Shown piece after piece: positions 41,375 to 52,472 of a stretch of DNA of 64,000 bases. Origin of the DNA: Octopus vulgaris (taxonomy: Eukaryota). The translations under genes and the position numbers were made by a program. The notes beneath the pieces were generated by a model that was not told the DNA's origin, searched no databases, and saw only the letters and a list, made by a program, of their open reading frames with translations. The stretch is from assembly GCA_951406725.2 (NCBI GenBank), contig OX597814.1, forward strand, positions 86,862,001 to 86,926,000. Reading direction: 5' to 3'. How positions within the stretch are numbered: position 1 is the stretch's first letter; every line of letters begins with the position of its first letter.

Positions 41375-41900
41375 AAAGAGTGAAACAGTGTCATACATGA
41401 CGACCACTGACTAGAAATTTTGAGCCAGGTGGTTTTAGACAAAGCCAACTCTACAAGGATTGAAGTCAAGATTCTAAAGGCTTAGCTTGGATGGACTGGT
41501 CATGTGATCTGTATGAATAAATCCAGCATGTTATGGCAGTTATTCTATGGAGAACTGAAAGTGGGTAGTTGTGCCTAACATTGACTAAGGAAAGGGTATA
41601 AAGAAAGCTTCAAGTTCAACTTGAAAAGGGCTGAATGCCAGTTCTATGATTTCAAACATATTGTAGTGGCATAACCTATGCTCCAAGGCAGAAAATAACT
41701 TCTTAACCAACTAGTATTTGCAGTGCATCAGGGAGAGCATAAAAGACACCCAAAGGTATCTTCTATCTCAACAAGCAATGTTGTTTGCCTGGCCTGCAAC
41801 CATATCTGTGCATCTGAGTTTGGACTGAGAATCAGATGAGCATGTATAGATGTTGATCATGCAATACAATCATCTTTCTCACTTGAGAGACTACCAATAA
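41375..41900 (+). mobile_element. RTE-BovB-like LINE 3' remnant
   Basis: IEVKILKA*LGWTGHVICM...QLFYGELKVG. Confidence 0.7.
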
Positions 41901-42313
41901 ATGATTGAATTATATATTACTAGCAATTAAGCCTGGTTTCACCCAGTCTGTTTGGATGATGTGGCTGTGATCGTTTTCGGTTAGGCATAATCTATAACAG
42001 TGTTTCTCAACCTTATCATTTCGGGTCCCCTGTTTTGATTGGAGCCTCCAGCTGTATGAAAATTTCCTGACTTCTCGCTCCCTTGTCAGAAAACAGCTTC
42101 AGGAGTTGTGAAGAAAGAATTTGTACATAGTCTGTTTCAGAGAGCTATTCTATTGGACCATTGTCTAATCATTAAAACATTGATTTAATTGTGAACATAG
42201 AAAGAAATTATACATTAATCCCTATTTTTGTAAGCAGTTGTATCTGTAGAAATTTTATTTGCAGAGAGCAGAAATTAAAAGATGATATATGAAATGGATG
42301 TGTGTGTGTGTGG

Positions 42314-42348
<35 letters not shown>

Positions 42349-42514
42349 CCTGCTTGCATGTGTGTATGTGAGAGAGAAAGAGGGTGAGAAAGAGAGGGAG
42401 TGAGTAAGTGAAGGTGTGTGTCATTGAGCTGCGTTGGCTGGCATAGCGACTCCGAAGCTTTTGAGGCAGCAGATGACTGGGCTGATTTGAAAGATGTGAA
42501 GAAATGCTGTCTTT

Positions 42515-43316
42515 TCAGTGGAGCGCTTGTTTGTAGGCAACGTTTCTTGTTTTCCCTTCTGATGCACAAATGTATAGACTTTGTGGCTTGCCAACACGGG
42601 AGGATCCAACATAAAGTTGACTGTGGAAGAGCACTTGCTCTGTGAGATTTAAACCAATCATTTGCAATGATTGACCCTGTGCCTTATTTATTGTCATTGC
42701 AAAGGAGAGTTTGATAGGAAATTGAAGCTGCTTAAACTTGTAGATTGTATCGGAAGGAGTGAAGGACATTGGAGTTATAAGAACATCTTAACCAGCAGCT
42801 GGTCCATTCAAGATGGTTGCCTGCAGAATTTGGGAGTATAATTCTTTGATTATCATCCGCGTGCCGTTACACATTATTGGAGCATCCAGGGCGGTAAGAC
42901 GGGTCTGCCTTGTTTCTGCCAACTCCTCAAGGAGTGAGCGCTGATTTCGAATACGCATGAAAGCAAGATGGGCCTGCCTTGCTTCAACAGGCTCGTCAAG
43001 TAGTGAGCGTTGATCACAACTAAGCTGGGCAGCAAGATGGGCCTGCCTTATTTCTGCTGACTCCTCAAATAGTGAGTGTAGATCACGACTACGCTGTGAA
43101 GCATGATGGGCCTCTCTTGCCTCTGGTGTTTCCTGAAAGGGATAGTAGAGGACATATGAAAGTGCAATACTGAAATGGGATACAGGAGAATGTGTGGAAG
43201 CAAAATCGAAATGATATGAATGTTGTGAAACATACCTGTGAACGTAACTCCCTTTTTCGCTGTTTTAGGAGGGCATTCCTTTTGGAACAGAACATTGATC
43301 GTTTTCGGTTAGGCAT
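42515..43316 (-). pseudogene. Spliced mini-RepHel: exon 43316-43236 and exon 43132-42515; STPR-like repeats fused in frame to the Pif1-helicase C-terminus; one internal TAA
   Basis: CAG|GTATGT donor and CCTTTCAG|GAA acceptor, both phase 0; 23-aa repeats, then LDAPIMCNGTR...QFPIKLSFAMTINKAQGQSL...HSQLYVGSSRV. Confidence 0.8.
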
Positions 43317-44884
43317 TATCTGTAAAAATGGTTTTTACTGAGGCAAACGTCATGAGATTTTTTAAAGAAGCATAGTGTAACGAAAGTATAGATTTTTGCA
43401 ACTTGAACCCATGTCTGGAAGTGAAATCTTAAGGTTTTTGAAGGAAATATTATTTATCTGTTATTATAGGTGGAAATGTATAACGATAAATAAGAAAAAA
43501 AGTAATGAAATGTTTTTTAAAAAAGCATACAGCTTTGAAGGACAATATCGGTAAATTGACTAGAAATGACAATAGTGAATAAGCATGAAGCTAAATGATA
43601 AGAGATCGCCTATTGTTTTTAGTTAGGCATAAGGTATTGGCTGACTGTCATCCTGTAGTCCCCTGGTCGCTAGCGAAATGGTATATGCCGGCTGTGTGAG
43701 CAACTGGTTGTTTTAATAGCAGAACAAACAGTTTTAATCGATTTTCTCTGTAAGTATGGGGGTTAGGAAAAAAATAGAAGAGGCATTAAGAAGTTGACGT
43801 TAAGAATTGCTTTAACAGTTAGAAAATGTTTGACATTTCAATCATCACAAAAATGAAGCTGTAAGAATTTACAGGGAAATTGTATGTAAGAAGTATAGCA
43901 GAAATGATTTTTAACTGTACTGTCAAAGTTCTGCAACTTAATAGCAGACGTATCCAATTTAAGAAAAGTGAAGATAAAAGCTAAGTGGAAAAGTATGGAA
44001 TAAGTCATTGTTATACGCTTATAGAAAAAATAGACACGTACCTTTTTAGAGAAAAAAATGTAGGTGAGAGCTATTGTATTGGATGCCTGTGTAATCAGAG
44101 AGCAGAAATTGAAAGAAAATATATGAAATGGACATGTGTATATATGTGTGTGTGTGTGTGTGTGTGTTTTCTGGCTAATTTGGAGGGAGTTTTGCAGTCA
44201 GCACGAGGTGGTTTGTGCTTATCTCTCGAGTGGAATTGTTAATTTGTCTGAAATAGCAGCGCCCGGACAAGTGAAAATATCTTCGTTTTTTACTCCTTCG
44301 CCTGCAGTAAAAGTAGCCAGGAGCCCTTCTCTGTAAGAAATTTTAATTTTTGTAATATAGGGTTGGATGCAAAGGGGATCTTTTGAAGTTGGTGTGAAAG
44401 TGAAAGAGATAGAGAGCGCGATTGTATGAGTCAAGTTCTTTTGAAGTTGGCGTGAAGGGGAAGAATTGATCTGCGTGCGTTCGTGTGTGTGTTTGATGGG
44501 GGTGTGCGAGACAGAATGTGTGGTGTGTATGTGAATTGCTATTGTTAGTGTGTGTGAAAAGAGAGAGAGATAACTGAAATTTTTATTCACTTTTTTGTAG
44601 TGAGTGAATGTGTGAGTTTTGACAGAAAAAAAGCAAGAGGGAGAGAGAGAGAGGTTATGTATGTATATATGAATGGCTTCAGTGACATACACACGCATGC
44701 AGGTTGTTATGTATGTATACATAGATGTATGGCCAAGAGAGAGTGAACTGAAATTTTGTTATTCACTTTTTGTAGTGAGTGAATGTGTGAGTGACTGACA
44801 GAGAAAAGGAGAGAGAGGTCATGTATGTTGGCGGGGAATTCCATTAGAAAAAGTTTTTATCGATTTTCTCGGTAACTATGAGGG

Positions 44885-45304
44885 CGTAGTGATGCTACTG
44901 TGTAAGGTTCAGCGCGCATGCGCAGAATGGGACTACTTCCGGGTGGCCACCGGAAGTCTTCCCCATGCGCATGTGCGGAAAACTGACCACTAAGGCACAG
45001 TCCACTCACTCACTCTCTCTGGCGCTTTCAGCCCTCGTGAACAGACGTGCATTTGGTAGTCTCTGAGAACTCTACACCGGCTTAGCAACGGACCACACCG
45101 AATCACTTCAATCAACCAACAAGAAGCAGTACAAAGATTCGGCTGTCGTTTCCCCTCAGAAAATATGCACACCATCACGAGTAATAAACGACAATTTGCT
45201 GTCTTTCCCAGATAACCTGACTTCGTCTGTTATATCTAACTAAATTGAATGACGGGATCGGATCGGACACCCCTTCAGTGATACCGATTCCAGATCCTGT
45301 TACA
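44885..45304 (+). repeat. 5' LTR (420 bp)
   Basis: About 12 substitutions plus a 2-bp indel versus the 3' LTR (counted by eye); ends TGTTACA; first base is C instead of T. Confidence 0.95.
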
Positions 45305-45306
45305 AT

Positions 45307-45316
45307 TGGTGACCCC
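45307..45316 (+). promoter_or_regulatory. Primer binding site complementary to the tRNA-Trp 3' end
   Basis: TGGTGACCCC 2 nt after the 5' LTR. Confidence 0.8.
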
Positions 45317-45696
45317 AAGTAAAAAAAAAAAAAAAGAACAGAAGACGCAGCGAACAGGTTTCGCCAGTTAGAGCACTGAACACTCAGTTTTCACTTTCAT
45401 TTTTCTTTTCCTTTCAGGACGGCGAAGGTGCGTACAAACAAAAGTTTTATTCATCGCACTCAGTGCACTGAAAAAAAAAAAAAAGAAACACACACACATT
45501 ATTTTTTTTTCTTTTCTGTACCTTTTGTTTTCCTTTGTGCACACACACACTTATTCTTTACTACCCACGAGGTGCACACACACACACACACCAGTACACA
45601 AAACACGAATTTTGATTTGCTTTGTCGGTTCCACGTGTTCTCCACTTCTCGTTCATACCTTCTGCCCCTTTCTGACAGGCGATTCTTCGGACAAAC

Positions 45697-46446
45697 ATGG
45701 CTGCATCAGGTTTGCCTTCATTCACAGGGGGTGCGGGTCTGTGGCTTGCCCAGGTGGAGTCGCATTTTGCCGCACATGCCGTTCCTCCACAGCAGCAGTT
45801 GCATCTGCTATACTCGAGTTTGCCTTCCCGACTCGCCACATCGGTCAGAGATCTCATAATGAGTCCCCACCCTGACGCCACATACGCGCCAGTAAAGGCT
45901 GAAATCCTCCACCGCAACACGCGGTCGGAGGAAAGTCAATTTAATGAACTAATGGCCGACGAACAGTTGAGGGACAGGACTCCATCCCAGTTCCTGCGCC
46001 ACCTAAGGGAGCTAAGCGGGAACGCAGCAGACGCGCCACTCTTACGGAAGATATTCTTCTCCAGGTTGCCTGCCCACGTGCAGACAATGTTGGCCACGGC
46101 ACTGGAGTCTGTGTCAGTAGACCAGATTGCCACGATGGCCGACAAAATATTAGAATTTTCGGGACCATCTCCATCGCGGGGCCTGTACGCATGTACAGAA
46201 CCCCCTCCGACACCTTCTCCGACGAAAAATTCATTAGCCGAGAAGATCGATGCGCTTACGCAGCGAATCGATGATCTGTGCCGTGCGATCGGGCGCCGAC
46301 CTCGCAGTCGTAGTCGCAGTGGATCTGTTTCCCGTAGTCGGAGTGACTCTGTTTCTCGTTCCGGCTGGTGCTGGTACCATTCAAAGTATGCCGAAAAGGC
46401 AGAACGGTGTACCCAGCCGTGCACTTTCCAGCCCCCGGGAAACTAA
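45697..46446 (+). CDS. gag: Gag, 249 aa, intact
   Basis: WLAQVESHF, RTPSQFLRHLRELSG, RS-rich stretch and C-x2-H-x9-C-x3-C (CWYHSKYAEKAERCTQPC) knuckle. Confidence 0.9.
   Translation: MAASGLPSFTGGAGLWLAQVESHFAAHAVPPQQQLHLLYSSLPSRLATSVRDLIMSPHPDATYAPVKAEILHRNTRSEESQFNELMADEQLRDRTPSQFLRHLRELSGNAADAPLLRKIFFSRLPAHVQTMLATALESVSVDQIATMADKILEFSGPSPSRGLYACTEPPPTPSPTKNSLAEKIDALTQRIDDLCRAIGRRPRSRSRSGSVSRSRSDSVSRSGWCWYHSKYAEKAERCTQPCTFQPPGN
46437..46443 (+). promoter_or_regulatory. -1 ribosomal frameshift slippery heptamer
   Basis: G GGA AAC in the gag frame just before the stop; the -1 frame reads GKLNPEE...IVDTGS (protease). Confidence 0.8.
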
Positions 46447-49105
46447 ATCCGGAGGAGGTGAGCACGTCACCTTCTTCCTTCTCGTTTCCCAAAAATCGTG
46501 CATTCTTTGTAAAAGATCTGGTGTCGAAGAAATTCTTCATAGTGGACACCGGCTCTTGTTGCAGCATCTGGCCCCTTCGTCTGACTGCAGACAAGCCCAA
46601 TGCCGTAATTATCGACGCCTCAATGCCGTAACAATAGCCGACAGGTATCCAATCAGAATTCTACAGGACTTTACGGCAAATCTCCATGGTTGCACCATTT
46701 TTTCGAAGGTCGACCTTATACGCGCGTACCATCAAATACCGGTCAACCCAGCCGACGTTCCGAAAACTGCGATCACTACCCCCTTTGGGTGTTTTGAGTT
46801 TTTGTATATGAGTTTCGGTTTGCGGAATGCTACCAGCACTTTCCAGCGTTTCATTGATGAGGTTGTCCGCGGTCTTGATTTTGTGTTTGCCTATGTCGAT
46901 GATATACTCATTGCGAGCGACACACGTGAAAATCCCCTCCAGCACCTTTCTCAGCTTTTTCAGCGTCTTCGCGCTTATAGTATACGTATAAATCCCGACA
47001 AGTGTGTTTTCGGACGCTCTTCTCTAGATTTTCTAGGCCATCATATTGATTCGAGTGGAATCAGCCCTCTGTCGTTAAAGGTCGATGCCATTCAACGCAT
47101 CGCACCCCCCCACTTCCTTGCGCCAGCTCAGGCATTATCTAGGGATGATCAATTTCTACAGACGTTTTATTCCCGGTTGTGCAGATAAGCTACTTCCTCT
47201 CACCAGGCTATTAAAGGACACTCCTAGAAAGGACGGTCAAGTCACCCTTTCTGTTGAGGCACTCACAGCCTTTGAGTCCATTAAGAAGGAGCTGGCTTCT
47301 GTTTCTTTGCTTGCACATCCGGTTCCTGGTGCTTCTCTCTCTTTGACTGTAGATGCATCGGACACTGCGATTGGCGCTGTGTTACAACACACAGTGGATG
47401 ATCACACTCGACCTCTGGCTTTCTTTTCCCGCCAACTGCAACCAGCTGAACGACGATACAGCACCTTTGATCGTGAGCTCCTAGCGATCTATCTATCGGT
47501 TCGTCATTTCCAGCATCAACTTGAAGGGCGAGATTTTGTGATCTATACGGATCACAAGCCCCTTACGTTTGCCCTGTGTTCAAAAACGGACAAACTCTCG
47601 CCTCGTGCTTTCCGGCGCCTGGATTTTATTTCTCAATTCACTAGTAACATTCGACACATACCTGGAAAGGAGAACGTTCTTGCTGACGCTCTCTCTCGCC
47701 TTCCAGTTTGCGCCCTTTCGTCTCCTGCTGCTATCGACTTAAGTGCCATCTCGCAGGAGCAGCCACCTTTGGCGTCGTTAGACTTAACCTCTCCCAAGTT
47801 CTCCTGTTGCCAGTTTTCCTACCTTCCGCTTCCGTCAGCCGAAGGTACCATTCTTTGTGATACTTCCACTGGTTCTCCCAGGCCACTCGTGCCTGAGAAT
47901 CATCAACGCTCAGTGTTTGAAGCACTGCACTCCTTATCACATCCTGGCATCGCTGCCACCCTTAAGCTGATCACTGCTCGGTTTTTCTGGCCGAATATGC
48001 GTCGCACTATTACTTCTTGGACACGCACCTGCTCCAAGTGTCAACGGTCCAAGATTCAACGGCACGTTCGTGCCCCGCTTGGACATTTCCCCCTACGGAG
48101 GTCCGTTTTCGCCATGTCTACATCGATCTGGTTGGACCATGGCCTGTGAGTCGCGGGTTTTCTTATCTGTTAACTTGTGTCGATCGTTTCTCCCGCTGGC
48201 CAGAAGCCATTCCAATAGCAGACATTTCTGCTGAGTCTGTTGCGCGAGCCTTCGTTTCAAACTGGATTTCCCGTTTCGGAGTTCCGTCCAGATTGACCAC
48301 TGATCGTGGACGTCAGTTTGAAGCTTCGCTATTTCGCGAATTGTCGCGCATTTTAGGTGTGCATCATATTCACACTACCAGCTATCATCCAGCGTCTAAT
48401 GGATTAGTTGAACGGTTCCATAGACAGCTCAAGGCCGCTCTTCGTGCCTCTTCAGATCCACAATCCTGGATTGAATTTCTGCCAATTGTGCTTCTCGGTT
48501 GTCGCACTGCTGTCAAGGCAGACCTGGGGTTTTCTTCTGCAGAGCTACTGTATGGTACCACACTGGCATTGCCTGGTACGATGTTGGTGCCAGACACCTC
48601 CCAGCCCCATGATCCGGCGACCTATGTCGCCAGACTGCGTTCATATTTCTCGAATCTTGCACCCATGGTTCCCAGGAAACAATCTCCACCATCCCATCTC
48701 CCACCGGATATGGACACTTGGTCGCATGTTTTTGTTCGGGACGACTCTGTCAAGGGACCACTTGTTTCTCCCTATAAAGGACCTTTCCGTGTGCTTTCTC
48801 GCACACCTAAGGTTTTCACCATTGAAATAAATGGTCATTCGGAGACCGTTTCCGTGGACCAACTGAAGAAAGCATACTTTGAGACGTCTTCATCTTTTGA
48901 TGACAACCTTGCCACACCCACCTATGCACCTTTAACAACACCTTCACCTGCACAAACACCTTCACCTGCACAGACACTTTTGCCTTCACCGGCTCCCACA
49001 ACACCACCTTCGCCGTCAACGGGTGCCCCGAGCACACCGTATGTTACAAGATCGGGCAGAACAGTGCATTGGCCTAAGAAACTCTCAAAGACAATTTATT
49101 TTTAA
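46437..49105 (+). pseudogene. pol: Gypsy pol (truncated protease, RT, RNase H, integrase) with an internal deletion and two frameshifts
   Basis: VDTGS; YRRLNAVT, FSKVDL, YVDD; VDASD, DRELLAI, TDHKPL; [30 protein letters not shown]; frame changes at C-runs near 47105 and 48090. Confidence 0.93.
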
Positions 49106-49236
49106 CTTTCTTTCTTTCAAATTTCTTGTTTTTTGTATGACATTGTGTACCAAATCCTCTGTGGGGATCGGCAAGCCATCTGTTTTTCTGCAGCACCACT
49201 ACAAATTTTCGTACTTCCGCACTCGAGGGGGAGCCA

Positions 49237-49658
49237 TGTGGTGATGCTACTGTATAAGGTTCAGCGCGCATGCGCAGAATAGGACTACTTCCGGGTGGCC
49301 ACCGGAAGTCTTCCCCATGAGCATGTGCGGAAAACTGACCCCTAAGGCACAGTCCACTCACTCACTCTCTCTGGCGCTTTCAGCCCTCGTGAACAGACGT
49401 GCATTTGGTAGTCTCTGAGAACTCTACACCGGCTTAGCAACGGACCACATCGAATCACTTCAATCAACCAACAAGAAGCAGTACAAAGATTCGGCTGTCG
49501 TTTCCTCTCAGAAAATACGCACACCATCACGAGTAATAAACGATAATTTGCTGTCTTTCCCAGATAACCTGACTTCGTCTGTTATATCTAACTAAATTAA
49601 ATGTGACGGGATCGGATCGGACAACCCTTCAGTGATACCGATTCCAGATCCTGTTACA
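49237..49658 (+). repeat. 3' LTR (422 bp) preceded by a polypurine tract
   Basis: GAGGGGGAG at 49225-49233; TG...CA ends; followed by AGGG. Confidence 0.95.
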
Positions 49659-49809
49659 AGGGCTAGGAAAAAATACAAACTGCATTCCAAACTATGCACT
49701 CGTCTCCACATGTGTGCTATTTTTCACGTGAACCCACCCAGCCGTTTGGCTATGAACCTCAAGACAAGAAAGAATACAACGATCGCCCATGTCCAATTTA
49801 TATTATAGA

Positions 49810-50538
49810 CTAGCAGCTAAGCCCGGTTTCACCCAGTCTGTTTGGATGATGTGGCTGTGATCGTTTTCGGTTAGGATTAATCTATAACATCGTTTCTCAA
49901 CCTTATCATTTCGGGTCCCCTGTTTTGATTGGAGCCTTCCCCCTTGTCAGAAAAAAGCTTCAGGAGTTGTGAAGAACGAATTTGTATGTAGTCTGTTTCT
50001 GAGAGCTATTCTATTGGACCACTGTCTAATCATTAAAACATTGATTTAATTATGAACATAGAAAGAAATTATACATTAATCCCTATTTTTGTAAGCAGTT
50101 GTATCCGTAAAAATTTTATTTGCAGAGAGCAGAAATTGAAAGAAGATATATGAAATAAATGTGTGTGTGTGTGTGTGCATGTGTGCGTGCGTGCTTGCGC
50201 GTGTGTATGTGAGAGAGAAGAAGAGAGACAGCATAGCGAAAGTTTTGGCTGACTGTCATCCTGTACTCCCCTTGTTGCTAGCGAAATGGTATATGTCGGC
50301 TGTGTGAGCAACTAGTTGTTTTAATGGCGGAACAAACAGGGGAATTCCATTAGAAAAGGTTTTAATCGATTTTCTCGGTAAGTATGGGGGCTATGAAAAA
50401 AATACAAACTGCATTCCAATCTATGCACCCGTCTCCACATGTGTGCCATTTTTCACGCGAACCCACCCAGCTGTTTGGTTGTGAACCTCAAGACAAGAAA
50501 GAATACAACGATCGCCCATGTTCAATTTATATTATAGA
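49810..50538 (-). mobile_element. Helitron unit 2 (729-bp deletion derivative)
   Basis: Same termini as unit 1; minus-strand junction CTAG|TC at 49810/49809. Confidence 0.88.
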
Positions 50539-51187
50539 CTAGCAGCTAAGCCCGGTTTCACCCAGTCTGTTTGGATGATGTGGCTGCGATCATTTTCGTT
50601 TAGGCATAATCTATAACAGCGTTTCTCAACCTTATCATTTCGGGTCCCCTGTTTTGATTGGAGCCTCCAGCTGTATGAAAATTTCCTGACTTCTCGCTCC
50701 CTTGTCAGAAAGCAGCTTCAGGAGTTGTGAAGAAAGAATATGTACGTAGTTTGTTTCTGAGAGCAATTGTATTGGACCTCTGTCTAATCATTAAAACATT
50801 GATTTAATTATGAACACAGAAAGAAATTATACATTAATCCCTATTTTTGTAAGCAGTTGTATCCGTAAAAATTTTATTTGCAGAGAGCAGAAGTTGAAAG
50901 AAGATATATGAAATGGATGTGTGTGTGTATGTGTGTGTAAGAGTGCGTTAGTGCGTGTGTGCTTGCGCGTGTATGTGCGGAAGAAACAGGGGAATTCCAT
51001 TAGAAAAAGTTTTAATCGATTTTCTCGGTAACTATGAGGGCTAGGAAAAAATACAACCCGCATTCCAATCAATGCACCCGTCTCCACATGTGTGCCATTT
51101 ATCACGTGAATCCACCCAGCCGTTTGGTTGTGAACCTCAAGACAAGAAAGAATACAATGATCGCCCTTGTCCAATTTATATTGTAGA
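50539..51187 (-). mobile_element. Helitron unit 3 (649-bp deletion derivative)
   Basis: Junction CTAG|TC at 50539/50538; outer 5' end A|TC at 51188/51187. Confidence 0.88.
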
Positions 51188-52051
51188 TTATCATTATCAT
51201 CATTTTAACATTCATGTTCCATGCTGGCTTTCGTGTGATGGGTTGACAGAATCTGATAGGTCCAAGGACTGGTTCATGTTCCAATGTCTGCTTTGGAACT
51301 GTTTCTACAGTTGGATGCCCTTCCTAATGCCAACCACTGTATAGAATGTACTGGGTACCATTTCTTTGTGCCACTAGCACTATTGAGGTAGCAATGCAAC
51401 TCACAAGATTACAAACCTTGAAAGAGGCAGGAGTTGGTTACATACATACATAGATACGTATATTATTACGTTTGGGAAGAGTCATTCAGTTTTAACACCT
51501 TATTAATTAACACACTCACTGGCTTGATTTCCACTCATTCACTTATTTATTTTTTTCTAAAATTTTTGTTGCTTCTTTCAACCTCTTCAATGGTCGTTGA
51601 TTGTCCATTATTGGAGCTGCATTATTTTTGTATGTTTGTTTGTGCGCATGTGTGTGTATCAGTGTGCGTGTGTAAACACATATGTATGTATATATGCGTG
51701 TGTGTGTATGCATATATATATATGTATGTGCGTGTGTACATTTGTATGTATTCTGCATATTCATATGTTTGTGTATACGGAAAGCGTGCGTATAAAATTA
51801 TAGAATTATTTTGTTTGTTAATTGTTTAAATTATTTCCCATTGCTTTCGTTTTTTTTTACACGCGTAATTAAATTAATTTAACAATTAAGAAAAAAAAAA
51901 TTAGGGTTGGGGTGAGGTTTAGGGTTAGTGACAGGATGTTGTCTCAGTTTTAGACGCAGCAAATGATTTTAGCTCAATTAGAGGCGATTCATTGGTTAAA
52001 ATTCGAAAAATTTAACTGCGTTAAACAAACGTAGTGTGTGTGTGTGTGTGT

Positions 52052-52359
52052 GGAGGCGCAATGGCCTAGTGGTTAGGGCAGCGGACTCGCGGTCGTAGGA
52101 TCGCGGTTTCGATTCCCAGACCGGGCGTTGTGAGTGTTTATTGAGCGAAAACACCTAAAGCTCCACGAGTCTCTGGCAGGGGGTGGTGGTGATCCCTGCT
52201 GTACTTTTTCACCACAACTTTCTCTCATTCTTTCTTCTATTGGCCTGCTCGCTTAGCCAGCGGAGTGGCGTCATTGAAGGCTAAAACAATGCGAGGCACA
52301 TTGTGACCAGCGATGTGTAGCAACATCTGATGGCCTGGTCAGTCACGTGATCACGTGAT
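52052..52359 (+). mobile_element. tRNA-derived SINE
   Basis: A box TGGCCTAGTGG (52062-52072) and B box GGTTTCGATTCC (52105-52116); relatives at 40025-40340 and 59332-59585. Confidence 0.85.
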
Positions 52360-52420
52360 ATATATTCAAATGCGTGTGTATTTTGTTTATTTTATATTTA
52401 TATTTATCATTGTACTTTAT

Positions 52421-52434
52421 AATCTCCGATGAAG

Positions 52435-52472
<38 letters not shown>

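Larger units (their letters stand above)
44885..49658 (+). mobile_element. Ty3/Gypsy LTR retrotransposon (CsRN1/kabuki/Boudicca-like), near full length, 4-bp TSD AGGG
   Basis: Paired LTRs, tRNA-Trp-type PBS, PPT, CHCC Gag, PR-RT-RH-INT order; empty site ATG-AGGG-CTAGG visible in Helitron unit 3 (about 51034-51045). Confidence 0.95.
41920..49809 (-). mobile_element. Helitron unit 1 (about 3.1 kb internally deleted RepHel element plus nested Gypsy)
   Basis: Minus-strand 5' TCTATAATATAAATTGG at 49809; 3' hairpin and CTAG|T at 41920; helicase and STPR coding remnants. Confidence 0.88.

Noticed and set aside
44219-44340. Captured exon or accessory gene in the Helitron (acceptor TTTCTTACAG, minus strand)
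   Set aside because: Short, with no recognisable homology; cannot be supported without a search.
45936-46424. Antisense ORFs over gag/pol and Tx1
   Set aside because: Shadow ORFs of GC-richer coding sequence with no independent motifs.
49023-49244. env-like third ORF in the Gypsy element
   Set aside because: Only about 130 nt between the integrase stop and the 3' LTR.
52052-52125. tRNA gene
   Set aside because: A and B boxes are present, but the sequence continues into a multi-copy SINE body with no convincing cloverleaf.
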